Shown here: positions 11,785-23,051 of the stretch, piece after piece
Numbering within the stretch: position 1 is the stretch's first letter
Layout: each line of letters starts with the position of its first letter
From: Schizosaccharomyces osmophilus
Taxonomy: Eukaryota
DNA length: 64,000 bases
Direction of reading: 5' to 3'
Assembly (NCBI RefSeq): GCF_027921745.1
Contig: NC_079239.1
Span: 3,348,001-3,412,000 of the forward strand
Position numbers and translations under genes: made by a program
Notes under the pieces: generated by a model
Told to the model about the DNA's origin: nothing
The model's database searches: none
The model's input: only the letters and a program-made list of their open reading frames with translations

Positions 11785-13060
11785 TGACGGAGGAATAAGA
11801 ATCCACCATGGAATATGGATGAAACGTGAACTACATAGTCAATGAGAACAAACAACTCGTTTAAAGCAACATGAACTATTTTGAATATTTTCTGAAATGT
11901 TAAAAGGAAAAAAGTAACGTGAAATTTAGTATTTACTTACATATCCAAGTAATTGACGATCCAACAGCCATAGGGAAAGCTATAAAAGATTTGAAGGAAA
12001 GCTACTACAACAAAACGGAAAATTGCTTTTGGTGCATTTCCTGTTATAAAGAATTGCTTCGCACTTTCTCAACGCTTAACTTGTGATTGAAGATACTAGA
12101 CTCGTCACCTTGCTTATAACAATAGCTCTGCTTTGTTAAGAATTCGTCGTGGGCTCCTATGTCAGATTTATTTGTTAAGAGCAGGATAATTTCTTTTTTG
12201 CGTTCCCTTTTCCCTCTGAAAATGGACTCAAAGTTTAGCAGAGCTTTTTTTACGTACACGAAATTGCCCATGTAAAAGCAGGGAAAATCTTCCTAAAATT
12301 TTAAAATGATTCTCTAAAGTTATTAATCTATTACTTTGTTGACAGACGATTGCATCTTCATTATTACAGGGATCCTATCCTGTCTGAGCATTTACCGGAT
12401 TCCGACAGTAAATCAAATGTTTAGAGGAGTTGATTCTACTTAGGCCGACCAATATATTAAGTGTTTTTAAAAGAACTATTTCGGTCAGCTAAAGTTACAA
12501 GCTGGTACAGAAACTGGAAATTTGAAACTTAGTTCACCAGAAGATCCTAGGGATTTCCGTTCGGATAAAACTTTTCTATCGGTTTTGAAATAAAGTTTTA
12601 ATAATTTATAAGTTTTAACTCAGATTTGAATTAGATTGACAGGCGTATCAAACCCAACGAAGAACACTATTTTTCTTACTTCGAAAGCCATCCAATTAAA
12701 TCAGATTCTTCAGCCCTCTAAAGACAACTACAATTACAACTTCTTTGTTTCTATTTCGTCCCATCGCCATTTTCAATTCTCTTTTCTGTTCCTCTTCAGG
12801 AGTAAACATGAGAAAAGCAAGACAGAAAACTTACAATTCTACTGTTTTTGAAGTCATTAACACGACTCACAAACCCTTCCAACATCCGGTAATAGCACCG
12901 GTCATAAAATCCTTTTGATTAGCTTTTACGACTTCTCCTCCACCTCCATTTCTCATTAACCGTTTTTATAATATTTTTTTTGGTTCTTTTCACCATCAAA
13001 TCCAAGATTGGGTAAAATATTTATTGAGAAATTTCAATAGTTGTTCAAAATAAAGAAAAG

Positions 13061-14037
13061 ATGAGCTCCACGAAGAAATTACCGACTCCTTTATTAAAAA
13101 TAAACGAGCGTGCTGATATTATTTTGGACCAATTGAACAAAGAAGAAGCGCTTCAGGCTTATGACCGAATGCCAAAATTTAACAAGGAAAGCGCTTGCCG
13201 AAATAGGTACAGCAACATTTTTCCGTACAAGGATAACTACGTTCGTCTAAGTCCTGAATGGGGATACACTTGCGATTACATGAATGCTTCTCATATTATT
13301 CTTCCTTGTAGACAATCATTTATTGCAACACAGGTATATAACATGTAAGGATGTATCTAATTTGTCTCTTTTTCTAGGGCCCTACGTCAAACACGATTCC
13401 TCACTTTTGGAAGATGATATGGCAATCTGTTCATGATCATGGAATCATTGTCATGCTTACGAGATTGCAAGAAGGCCTTCGTGCTAAATGTGACTTATAT
13501 TGGCCCTCAGACCCCGAGGATCCCTTACAAATAGACGATCTAAAAGTACATTGCAGTCAAAAGTACGAGGTGGAATCCGTCGACGATTGTACAGTGCTAG
13601 AGTTTGTTTTAGAGAAAGGCCAAGAGAAAAAAACGATCTACCATTTCTACTATACTGAATGGTCTGACTTCAAAACTCCTAAAGCGGCTTCCATTATTAA
13701 CCTATTACTTTTTGTTAAGTCATTAGCTCATAAAGTTAAGTTTCACAAATCTCCGATCATTGTCCATTGCTCAGCTGGTTGTGGTAGAACAGGAACATTT
13801 ATGGCACTTTTCGAAATTGTAATCAGAAATGAATTCCGATATGCGAGAGATCATTTATTGGATTCAATCCCTGAAATCGTTTACTGCCTTCGCATGCAAA
13901 GAATGCAATCCGTACAATCTGTTGAACAACTCATTTTCCTGTACATCATGTGCTATGAACTCCTTCAAATGCCTTTCCCCAAGGTCCCAGAATTGGTAGC
14001 CGCATATCCACCCTTTTGCCATAAAACAAGCGATTGA
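13061..14037 (+). CDS. pyp3: Protein tyrosine phosphatase Pyp3 (intron 13334-13377)
   Basis: Motifs RNRYSNI, DYMNAS, FIATQ|GP, KCDLYWP, VHCSAGCGRTG and QRMQSVQSVEQ. Confidence 0.9.
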
Positions 14038-14529
14038 CATTAGTCTAACATTCTCGTATCAACATGTGTTAGTCACGAAAAACTTTTGTGCAAATCCTTC
14101 ATCTAGCATACCAATTACGAGAACCCAGTCCGAACTCTGCAATAGAGATATATCCGGTAGATGTAAATTGGATAAAAGACCAATCAACGAAATACATATT
14201 TGAGAAGGAGTAACTCGCTCAAATCCTTCATTTACAACTCATTCAACGTGTACTGGAAAGCTTCCTTGCTTAAACAATCTGTATTTATTTTTTTCATTCC
14301 TGTTTATTTTTAGCCTTTTAAAGAAAGAAATTTAATAGACATAAGATTTGTTTCTTAACTTATTCTTCTTTCCTAAACTATCTGCGCCTTCCCTATACAA
14401 CCCCATCAAGCCCCTTTTTAACATTGAATCAAATCTATTTCTGCACTTTAGCTCATTTTATTTTATTTTATTTTTTATATTTCTCCATATACGTTTTATT
14501 TCACTTCAAATTGACATCAATCGCAAAAT

Positions 14530-15365
14530 ATGATGCTCCCATCTTATTTACAGTTTGCAATTCGAAAGCGTGTTTTGGTCGTCTTTATAGTGTAAGAAAA
14601 GTCAAAAAATAGCTATTTTCTTTAATTTAGCATTTCACTTACCTGAAGAACAGATGCTAACGTGTCTAGGTTACTCATTATTGCTACGTATTTGTAAGTT
14701 GTGAACGAAGAGCCCTGAAAACATGATTCACAGTAGGCGGAATAGCATGGGTTTAACTAAAACAAACATTCATGGATAGTACACTAAACAATAATTCTAT
14801 AGGGGATTTGCACCTGTTTTGCCCATTCCAGTGAATGACAAGCTTTGTCATTTCGTCGTGTTCTTTCTACTCAGTTTGGTTTTCTATTGGGTTTTTGATT
14901 TGTCCCGCCGCCGTGCTACTCAACTCACTTTAGTTGTTTGTGGGCTTGTTGGTTGCGTTGGTTCAGAATTCGTTCAAGCGTTTCTTACTGTAAGTTCTTT
15001 TTTATTAAACCATATATGGTTTCCGATCCTTTCTTAAAAAAAGGAAAGGATGTAACCTGTTCGTTCAAACCATTTCTAACGTATGGCGTTCATGCCAAAA
15101 ACAGTTACGAACCTTTGACGTCTTTGATATTTTGGTAAGTTATCTTCTATGCTTGTATAATAGGTTGTAAACTTTGCTAATTTTATAGGCCAATTTGGTG
15201 GGTTGTGGTCTTTCTCTTATGATAAATGTCATGTATCATAAGCGACGCCTTGAAAAACTCCATTTCCAACGATATGGTCGTTTAGATTCCGCTGAAGATG
15301 ATTTAGAACTACAAGCTCGAGAATCCGAAGATGCAGATGGAGTTAACGCTAATCGTTCAGCCTAA
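14530..15365 (+). CDS. VanZ-like small membrane protein (SPAC11E3.10 orthologue), several short exons
   Basis: ATG at 14530 (MMLPSYLQFAIRKRVLVVFIV). Core exon ...VNDKLCHFVVFF...GSEFVQAFL, then RTFDVFDIL|ANLVG, which are VanZ motifs. Stop TAA ends at 15365. Confidence 0.8.
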
Positions 15366-15922
15366 GCCCAAAAGTACACGATTTCTTTCTTTATCATCCT
15401 TGGTGTTTGTCTGCAATGTTCTTGCCCGCTTATAATTTAATCATTCTTTTTGTAGCTTGATTTATGTCTGAAACGTTTTGATGAAAAATACAGAGCTTTT
15501 ATACTAATTGACTTTTTTCACTGATTACTACCATCGTCATTTTTCACATGTCTGTTTACTGCCGTACTGTAACAGTAAGTCAGAAATTTTATTAAACAAT
15601 TTTATGAAATCAGCAGTTTAATAGGTATCCATAATAAAAAGCTTGGTAGTAATAATTAGCAACTGTCAGATAAATGGGATTATAAAGGAACGACGCATTT
15701 TAACCTTTAAGGTGCAATTAATTGTTCATAAAATTATCTCTTTATACCTGTAATCCTGCTTTCTTATATTATGTCCATAACTTGTTCACATTTAAATGTC
15801 TCTCCAAAAAAAAAAAAAAACAAAAAAAAAAACAAAATTTCAATATAAAGAAAAGAAAATATCAAATGTAGATGATCATATTCCTTAAATAATAGGGATC
15901 ACAAATTCTAGTTATTGCAAGA

Positions 15923-18601
15923 CTAATCCTCAGCAAGCTTTTTATACTTCTTGAGCACAGAAATATAAAGTTTCACTTTGAACATAGTTGATTTTAAATA
16001 CCCCATGCGAGCTTTCCAATTTTCAACTCCACGACGGAATGTATTTTTATTCTGGCTGGATAAAATAACCAACATCTCTAAGTGAATAGCTTCATGCCTT
16101 TTTAAGGCCTCAGACAAAGATTTCGAAAAAGCTTTAAGTGAACTGTATTGTTTGATAATGGAAAGCTCACTTGGAATGCCACTTATAGGTTCAGGCTCCC
16201 ATACCTTTAGAGATAATTTGGGGTATTTTCCTTCTTTATGACTGGATGCTTTAGCGTCCTTCCCACTAGAAATGTGGTTTCCGGTGCACAGTGACCATCC
16301 ATAGTCCACGTTCGATACACTTCCAAGCAAAGGAATTCGAGACGTACGAGCTGCCCAGTAGTTTAAAGCTTCTATCCAACCTTGCGCTTCTCCTAGCCTT
16401 GAAACAGCAAATTGCAAACGTTTTCTGGAATGGGTTTCCAAATAAAAAAAAGAAGTTGATGGTCTTCTAAAACTCGTTTTGTCTAAATCCATAAGATGTG
16501 CTACTGAACCCATGATCGAAGTTTTTAAGATGGGATTTCCGATTTTAGAAATGTCTAAATCGTGCAAATCCCCATCAAAGTCTCCCTCTAGACTATACAG
16601 AGACAGTATATCTTTTTCGAGGATAGAAAGAGTAGTCATCCACGCATCCTTTTTCCTCAGCTTCCCATTGTATCGAATCAAGTACCTTAAAATACCATAC
16701 TTGCTGTGGGGAGGAAGATAAAACGGTGGGGTGTGCTCGTGATTTTTTAAAGCAATAATAACACCTGGTAGATCGGGCGAAGGGCAACTCGCTTGAAAGT
16801 AGCCCATAGCAGATTTGGATCTCTTGGCATCTGGAAATTGGTGACGCATAGCTTTCTCAAACCTATTGTGAAATAACAAAACACCGTCATTGTTGTATTC
16901 AAAAAGGAGGGATGATGAAGGTCGCGTGATGGTATCTTCAGACTTATCGTTGGATTCACTTTTCTTACTATTTAAAGATATATTGTCAGACACTGAGAGA
17001 TTCTTTGCATGCGCAAAAATGTCGTCAGCTATCTGCTGTTGAGAGTTGGATTTTTTATGCAAATAACGGTAGGGCTGTAGTATAGAAGAAGCCTTGATGG
17101 ATTGATACATTTCCTTTAGCGTCAAAGACCAGTGATTAACAAAGGCGGTCTCCAGATCTCTGAGTTTTGAGTATTTCTTCTCATGGTTCTTCGTAAGACC
17201 ACCTTTTGTTTTTGAAAGATTATCCGATAAGGAGCTGATAGCCGCCGACCCATCATTAGGGTTGGAAGTTTGAAAAGCAAAAGAACTTTGCAGAAATTGA
17301 TACTTGTCTTCTGAAGTACTAAAAGAAGCTTCGAGGGCTTGTAAAATATCGGAAAGGGTATTAGATACGAACTGCGAGCGAGTCATCTTTTGCGAAGAAG
17401 CAATGTTTGCTATATGCAAATCCGTGTTTAATAGTAGCAATGAAAAGGCAACAGAGTGAACTATCTCCTTTGTACAAAATGCCTTTTTCGGATTGGTTTG
17501 ACACCATCGACTAGAAAATGCTTCCAAAAGATAATCCACTTTTTGCGTTTCGCCTTTAATAAATAAATTACCGCAGAAAATGCGCAAAGACTGTAAAATA
17601 GCGGTGTTTCCAAAATCATAAAGAGATACGTAAATCTCAAGCACCTTTTTGTGATAATCATCGTCCTGTGTTAGAAAGGAAAGAGCATCCTCATTTGGAA
17701 CTATTTTCCCGGTATTATTGAATATATTCGTAGCAGCTAATCTTGGATCACACGTACGATTTTCCAACGAACTTGCATGGACGGAATGCGAAGATGTCTC
17801 ATTTTTCAAATTCAGGGGTCTCGTAGATTCATCCAAAGTTGTATTAGTTTTGTCTTGTAGAGCACCACCAGCGGGAGTAAATCTATGTGCATTTTCGTCA
17901 TTTGCTCCTATATATTTGTAACCTGGCCAAGGCTTGGTAGTTATTGGGCTTGTCTGACTTTCAGAAACATAATCGTTGAAATTGAAACTCGAATTGGGAG
18001 TCTGATAGTTTTCATCGTTGCGTTCACAAAAATCATATTGGTTTGCCTCTACTGAGGAGTCATTAACATACGGTGACGCTGGTGATGATTTAACAAGAGG
18101 GCTATTTTGCGATGAAGATGGTAAACTGGAAAGTATTAGATCGGCGCTAAACGGAGGGCCAAAGGATACATCTTCAAAAAAAGAAAGAGAAGTGCTAGGA
18201 CGAACAGGTTCACTTAAAGGAGCATGTTGGAAGTCTGGAACATTCGTAGAAACTTCGTAGGGAGGTGATTTTCTCGATTTTGAATTTTTTTTTGTTTTTC
18301 TTCTCGCCAACAAAGAGTTAAATCCAAGGACTGACTGAGAACGCGACAAATTCGATTCAGAGTCAGTATCCTCTTTCGAACGGGTTGCGGAATTATCCTC
18401 ATTTATAGATTCTAAACTCGATGGTGGAATAAACTCCTTTTTATGAAACCAATGGGCAGGGAATAGTCGCTTCAATATTGACTTCTTGGATGAAGTGGAA
18501 GATGCAGATGCGTTGGACGCGATTGAAGATTGGTAGCGATGACTCGACCGACTGTATAAATTACGAGAAGAAATGTTTTGAGGTGGAGAGTTTAAATCCA
18601 T
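15923..18601 (-). CDS. syt22: Arf6 GEF Syt22 (Sec7 + PH domains)
   Basis: Sec7 motifs (LRIFCGNLFIKGETQKVDYLLEAFSSRW; AFSLLLLNTDLH), and a PH region ending WIEALNYWAARTS...SNVDYGW. Confidence 0.9.
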   Translation of the reverse strand: MDLNSPPQNISSRNLYSRSSHRYQSSIASNASASSTSSKKSILKRLFPAHWFHKKEFIPPSSLESINEDNSATRSKEDTDSESNLSRSQSVLGFNSLLARRKTKKNSKSRKSPPYEVSTNVPDFQHAPLSEPVRPSTSLSFFEDVSFGPPFSADLILSSLPSSSQNSPLVKSSPASPYVNDSSVEANQYDFCERNDENYQTPNSSFNFNDYVSESQTSPITTKPWPGYKYIGANDENAHRFTPAGGALQDKTNTTLDESTRPLNLKNETSSHSVHASSLENRTCDPRLAATNIFNNTGKIVPNEDALSFLTQDDDYHKKVLEIYVSLYDFGNTAILQSLRIFCGNLFIKGETQKVDYLLEAFSSRWCQTNPKKAFCTKEIVHSVAFSLLLLNTDLHIANIASSQKMTRSQFVSNTLSDILQALEASFSTSEDKYQFLQSSFAFQTSNPNDGSAAISSLSDNLSKTKGGLTKNHEKKYSKLRDLETAFVNHWSLTLKEMYQSIKASSILQPYRYLHKKSNSQQQIADDIFAHAKNLSVSDNISLNSKKSESNDKSEDTITRPSSSLLFEYNNDGVLLFHNRFEKAMRHQFPDAKRSKSAMGYFQASCPSPDLPGVIIALKNHEHTPPFYLPPHSKYGILRYLIRYNGKLRKKDAWMTTLSILEKDILSLYSLEGDFDGDLHDLDISKIGNPILKTSIMGSVAHLMDLDKTSFRRPSTSFFYLETHSRKRLQFAVSRLGEAQGWIEALNYWAARTSRIPLLGSVSNVDYGWSLCTGNHISSGKDAKASSHKEGKYPKLSLKVWEPEPISGIPSELSIIKQYSSLKAFSKSLSEALKRHEAIHLEMLVILSSQNKNTFRRGVENWKARMGYLKSTMFKVKLYISVLKKYKKLAED

Positions 18602-19109
18602 ACCTCATCAGACTTTGTAAAAAGCATCAAAAAACGAACCAAAAAAGAAAGAACAGAAATCTGTATGATTTCAGGGTAAAGAAGAATAAGTTATTAAAAG
18701 AACGAATAAAGTACAAGAGTTAAAGGAATGACTATTGGTTTTATTAGACCGAAACGTTATATGTTCATAAAAATAATCAGTTGTTAAGCGCAAGTGGAAA
18801 GCAGTTACTAGAAACTACTACCGCTTTATACCAAATGAATTAGGGCAGTTCCAAAAGTAAGTTCCTATTATCTGATTTTCTCTAAATAGATTCTTGAAAT
18901 AGGAATATAAATAAAAAAAGGAAATAACGACCGGATGGACTAGATCAATTGTTTAAATTCTGACTTAGAGAACTTTCATGGAAAAGACAGAACGCTTTTC
19001 TAAGACAAATCAAATATTTTTCAATTCTCTATTTATATAAGTTTCTATTCAGTTTTGGTTTACTTCGGTATTTTGAAAACTGTTGAAGTGTGAATACATT
19101 GCAACAAAC

Positions 19110-19726
19110 ATGAAGCCAGTACGCTTTTTCACTCCTGAGAACCTTCAGATTGTAAAGAGGCTCGTCTCTCGTTATCCTCCCGGCCGGGAAAGAGCTTCTT
19201 TAATTCCTCTACTGGACTTAGCCCAAAGACAGCATGGTACATGGATTCCCCCTTCAGCAATGCATGAGATAGCCAATGCTACTAATCTTTCATTTGAACA
19301 AGTTCATTCTCTTGTGTACGCTTATAATATTTTGCTTCTCATTTTCGAATGGGATTTTTTATTCACCATTCGTTTTTGACTAACCTATTTACAAACAGCT
19401 TAGCATATCCCACATCATTCCAATGGCGCCCTTGTGCCCCACAACTGCGAATTTGTGATTCTTGGATGTGCTGTCAAAAGGCAAAACAGCGGGAGAATGG
19501 TATATATGAAGCAGCTCAATCTCTTGTTTCTCAATACGGAGTCGAGGTTAAAACGACGGTAAGTTTTGATAAATGTCTTTAAAAGATGGACAACTAATTA
19601 TTTTAACCCTAGGAATGTTTGGGAGCTTGCTATGGTGCGCCAGCCTTTTGGTTTAATGATAAAATTCACACAGATGCTACGAAAGAGTCGATCAAGCAAG
19701 TAATATCCAAAGAATTCTCTAAATGA
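19110..19726 (+). CDS. NADH dehydrogenase 24-kDa subunit-like (NuoE/NDUFV2) thioredoxin-like [2Fe-2S] protein, 3 exons (introns 19316-19398, 19559-19612)
   Basis: Reads ...[27 protein letters not shown]...RICDSWMC...|[16 protein letters not shown]...; NuoE N-terminal motif plus CX4C and CX3C. Confidence 0.85.
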
Positions 19727-20189
19727 ATTTAATCTTTTTACTATGCTAGCTCTTCCAAAGTTTTTGTCTACCCGTATGCCAGAAGATCACACTTTTTTAC
19801 GTCCTTTTTTAATGTACATTTCCAAATCAGCAGTTAAGAGTCGCAACTTTTTATGAATGAAAAATGTTAGTCTTATTAAAATTGAACTATATCCGTAAAT
19901 CATGACTAGTTCTCAAAGGATGTTTGCTACTGTACGACTCAAATATCAACCCGCAAGCTTCATGTGAATACTAATGCAACTTCTATACTATTGATCACTT
20001 AAGACCACAAGCAAAAACAACGGAGAATGAATTCAAATATGCAAAATATATATGATTATGAATATGCAAAATGTCTTATGAAGTATATAAAATAAATGTA
20101 AAAAATGTGCAAATGGTGCAGATGCATGCTTCCTGATATGCCTCATACAGATATAAAAGGTAATTAAAGATTTGAAAATCGAAAACACC

Positions 20190-21695
20190 TTACAAAACGA
20201 TAAATGCCATAGCTCCAATAAGCAAAGCAGCAATGGAAACACCAGTCATTTGAACGTGGGGAGCAGAAGATGTGCTCCCTTGATGAGAGCCGGACTTAGC
20301 ACCGCCAGAGATATTACTCGTGTTAAAACCAGAGCTGGTGGAGTTAGAGTTAGATCTTGAAATTGGAGCAGAGCTAGTCAAGCCACTAGCACTTGAAGAG
20401 CCAGAACCAGTTGAACTGCTTTCAGGAGCTTGAGTAGGGATGGCTACTGCTTCAACGTCAACGCTGGTGGAAGAAGAATGAGCACCAGCATTAACCAAAG
20501 CGGTACCGTTGCTGCCACTAGCTTGGTTAGAAGGAGCATTCAAACCCAAAGGTTGGCCTGCACCGCTTTTAATAAATTGTTCGGCCTCAGAAGGCGTAGA
20601 GGGAAGAGGGAAGCTCTTCCAGTCATTATCGTCGGGTGGGCAGTTAATAGTCTGAGGATCCTTGTTGTAACCGTTGTCACCGCTAAATTTGGCAGCGTTT
20701 CCGTATTTCTGCTTCAAAGTTTCATAGTTTTTACTGGTCTTAACAGAGTCGCCGTTAACAGTGACCAAACCATAGTTGCTTCCCTCTTCAGAGTACTCGT
20801 AAACCAAACCACCAGAGAAGACGGATGACATCTGGTCGGAAAAGAGAGCATCCACTTCATCGAAAGGGCGATCAGGGGTACCATCAGATTCCTTGCTAAC
20901 GGTATTGCAACCATACTCGGAAAAGAACAAGGGAATAGAATAATTGGCAAATTCTTTCATACGTTGGTCGTACCCAGACAAGCTAAAGCTAGACCCGCTA
21001 CCACACCATTCGTACATGTTCATACCGTAAAAGTCAGCACGAGCTTCAGAGTCATCACCACAAGCAAAGAAGTCGGCAGATTGGAGACGGATTTCAGAAA
21101 CGTCTGCAGCGGAGTAACCAACAGGAATTTGACGCTTCGAATTATTCTTTATATACTTCTTGGTGTCACGGAGAGCGGCCTTGACCCAAGTAGTAGTAGC
21201 AGCATTCTTGGGTTCATTGGCAACCTCATTACCAGCAAAGAACCCCAAAACATTGTCATAACCCTTGAAGGCATCAACACTAGCAAAGATGCCCTGCAAA
21301 TAGATGGCATTGTAACTTCCAGCAGCATCCAAACGAGAAATCGAGTTCTTCGAGGTTGCTAAATCCAAGAGAACATAAATGCCAGCATCTTCAAGTTCCT
21401 TCATACATTCGTCGTGGTTGGCCATGTTGTCTACTTGATACACGCGGATTGTATTGATGTTCAAGTCCTTCAAGTAAGGGATATCACGCTGACAATTTTC
21501 GGTAACAGCCAATGGGTCAGTAGTCGATGAAGAGCCACCCGGTTGATAATCAACACCACGAATGTAGAAACGCTCATTAGATTCGCTATTAAAGAATGCG
21601 TTACCGCGAATTTCAAGATGAGGAGTGCTGGCACTCACGACGCGTCCGATCGCCATCAATGCGACAGAATGCGCTAAAAACTGTAAAAAGTTCAT
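20190..21695 (-). CDS. gas5: GPI-anchored 1,3-beta-glucanosyltransferase Gas5 (GH72)
   Basis: Signal peptide, ERFYIRGVDYQPGG, catalytic GNEV and SEYGC motifs, Ser-rich tail and hydrophobic GPI signal. Confidence 0.92.
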   Translation of the reverse strand: MNFLQFLAHSVALMAIGRVVSASTPHLEIRGNAFFNSESNERFYIRGVDYQPGGSSSTTDPLAVTENCQRDIPYLKDLNINTIRVYQVDNMANHDECMKELEDAGIYVLLDLATSKNSISRLDAAGSYNAIYLQGIFASVDAFKGYDNVLGFFAGNEVANEPKNAATTTWVKAALRDTKKYIKNNSKRQIPVGYSAADVSEIRLQSADFFACGDDSEARADFYGMNMYEWCGSGSSFSLSGYDQRMKEFANYSIPLFFSEYGCNTVSKESDGTPDRPFDEVDALFSDQMSSVFSGGLVYEYSEEGSNYGLVTVNGDSVKTSKNYETLKQKYGNAAKFSGDNGYNKDPQTINCPPDDNDWKSFPLPSTPSEAEQFIKSGAGQPLGLNAPSNQASGSNGTALVNAGAHSSSTSVDVEAVAIPTQAPESSSTGSGSSSASGLTSSAPISRSNSNSTSSGFNTSNISGGAKSGSHQGSTSSAPHVQMTGVSIAALLIGAMAFIVL

Positions 21696-22211
21696 ACTTT
21701 ATAAAGAAAAAGAAAAAAGTTTAAAATGAAGATAGGAACGTCAAATAAAAGAATGCAAATTCAGAAATAAATGAACGAAAAACTCCAACAACTAAAGAAA
21801 GAAATTTGTGGAGAAGAAAAAAGAATGGCCTTTTTCAAAAGAAAGAAAGAAAAAGAAAAAAGCTTACTGATTCTGTGAATCAATTCAAAGATATAGAATA
21901 AATTTCTATATAACTTTGTCGTGTTGGTAGATGCCAAGTACTAAAGGTGATAAAAACCATCTTATATAATGGGGCACTGTGCTGCCGTTGCCGACATGTC
22001 CCACTTCGTATATTACGAGGGTTAAGACGCGGCATTGCCATGACGACCAGTAGCTTAGTATGCCAACCCAAACAAATGGAAAAACCGACTTCTCCAGAGA
22101 ATCAAAGAATAATTTGAACAAGAATTATTTTCCTTTCATTATAGGATGCTATTTCCTTTTTTCCCTTTCAAATATCACTGAAAATGAGAGATTTTACTTG
22201 TTACAAATGAG

Positions 22212-22274
22212 ACGCGTTGACATAAACAAACGCGTAAACAAATATCCGACCTCTATGTAAACAAACAGTAAACA
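22212..22274. promoter_or_regulatory. Cluster of forkhead (GTAAACA x3) and MCB (ACGCGT x2) motifs in the gas5 / WD-gene divergent intergenic region
   Basis: ACGCGT at 22212 and 22230. GTAAACA at 22234, 22257 and 22268. ATAAACA at 22222. Confidence 0.55.
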
Positions 22275-23051
22275 ATGTGAATGTCATGAAAGACAAAACC
22301 CCTAATAATGAAAAAGGAAAAAAAATGCAGTAGTAATGAATAAAAACAAAAGATAAACAGATAATATAAAACAGAAACCGCGATAAGTTGGTCAATATTT
22401 AACGATTCGTGTTTAACTCGATAAGTGAACAAAGAAATTGATTTCAAATGGTAGAATTGGTGCTAATGTTATAGAAATTGCTGTTATAGAATTTAGACAA
22501 CATACTTATAAATACTCAAGACATTGTAATATGGATTTGCAAGTAAACTAGAACAGAAGGGTTGTAATATCAGAGTATTCACTGTCTTGGAACACCATTA
22601 AACAAACAATTTGACCGATTACCAAACTAGCGACTTTTCATCTTATAAATTACTTTTCTTTTTTAGACACTTCCTGAAGAGTTTTTTAAGAAACCTCACG
22701 TTACTAGTAATCATCACTCAGGTACACAAGTAAGAGCTGTACTGTTGGAAAAAAAAAAAAAAAAAAGATCCTCTATAAAATTCAAGACCTTCTGAAAGGA
22801 GATAAATTATTAGTCGAAAACCGTCCCGTAATAGCTTTCCAGCATGTTAATCGTGTGCACCTCCAGCAACAACATTTTTCTGTCTCTTGGATCCAAAATT
22901 TCAGGTGCCTATATTTACCAGAGAGGATCTAGTTGGTTGGATTTATTGAAAAATAATAGAGGATTCATCAGCAAAAACAACAAATGAGGAGTAGTTGATC
23001 TGTAACGTTTGGGATTCATGGAAACTTGATTCTTGCGGCTTTGATCGATCA

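Noticed and set aside
20430..21362. Long antisense ORFs over gas5 (and similar ones over sea3, syt22, pob1, uap1 and the permease)
   Set aside because: Shadow ORFs from codon bias of the real gene, with no motifs.
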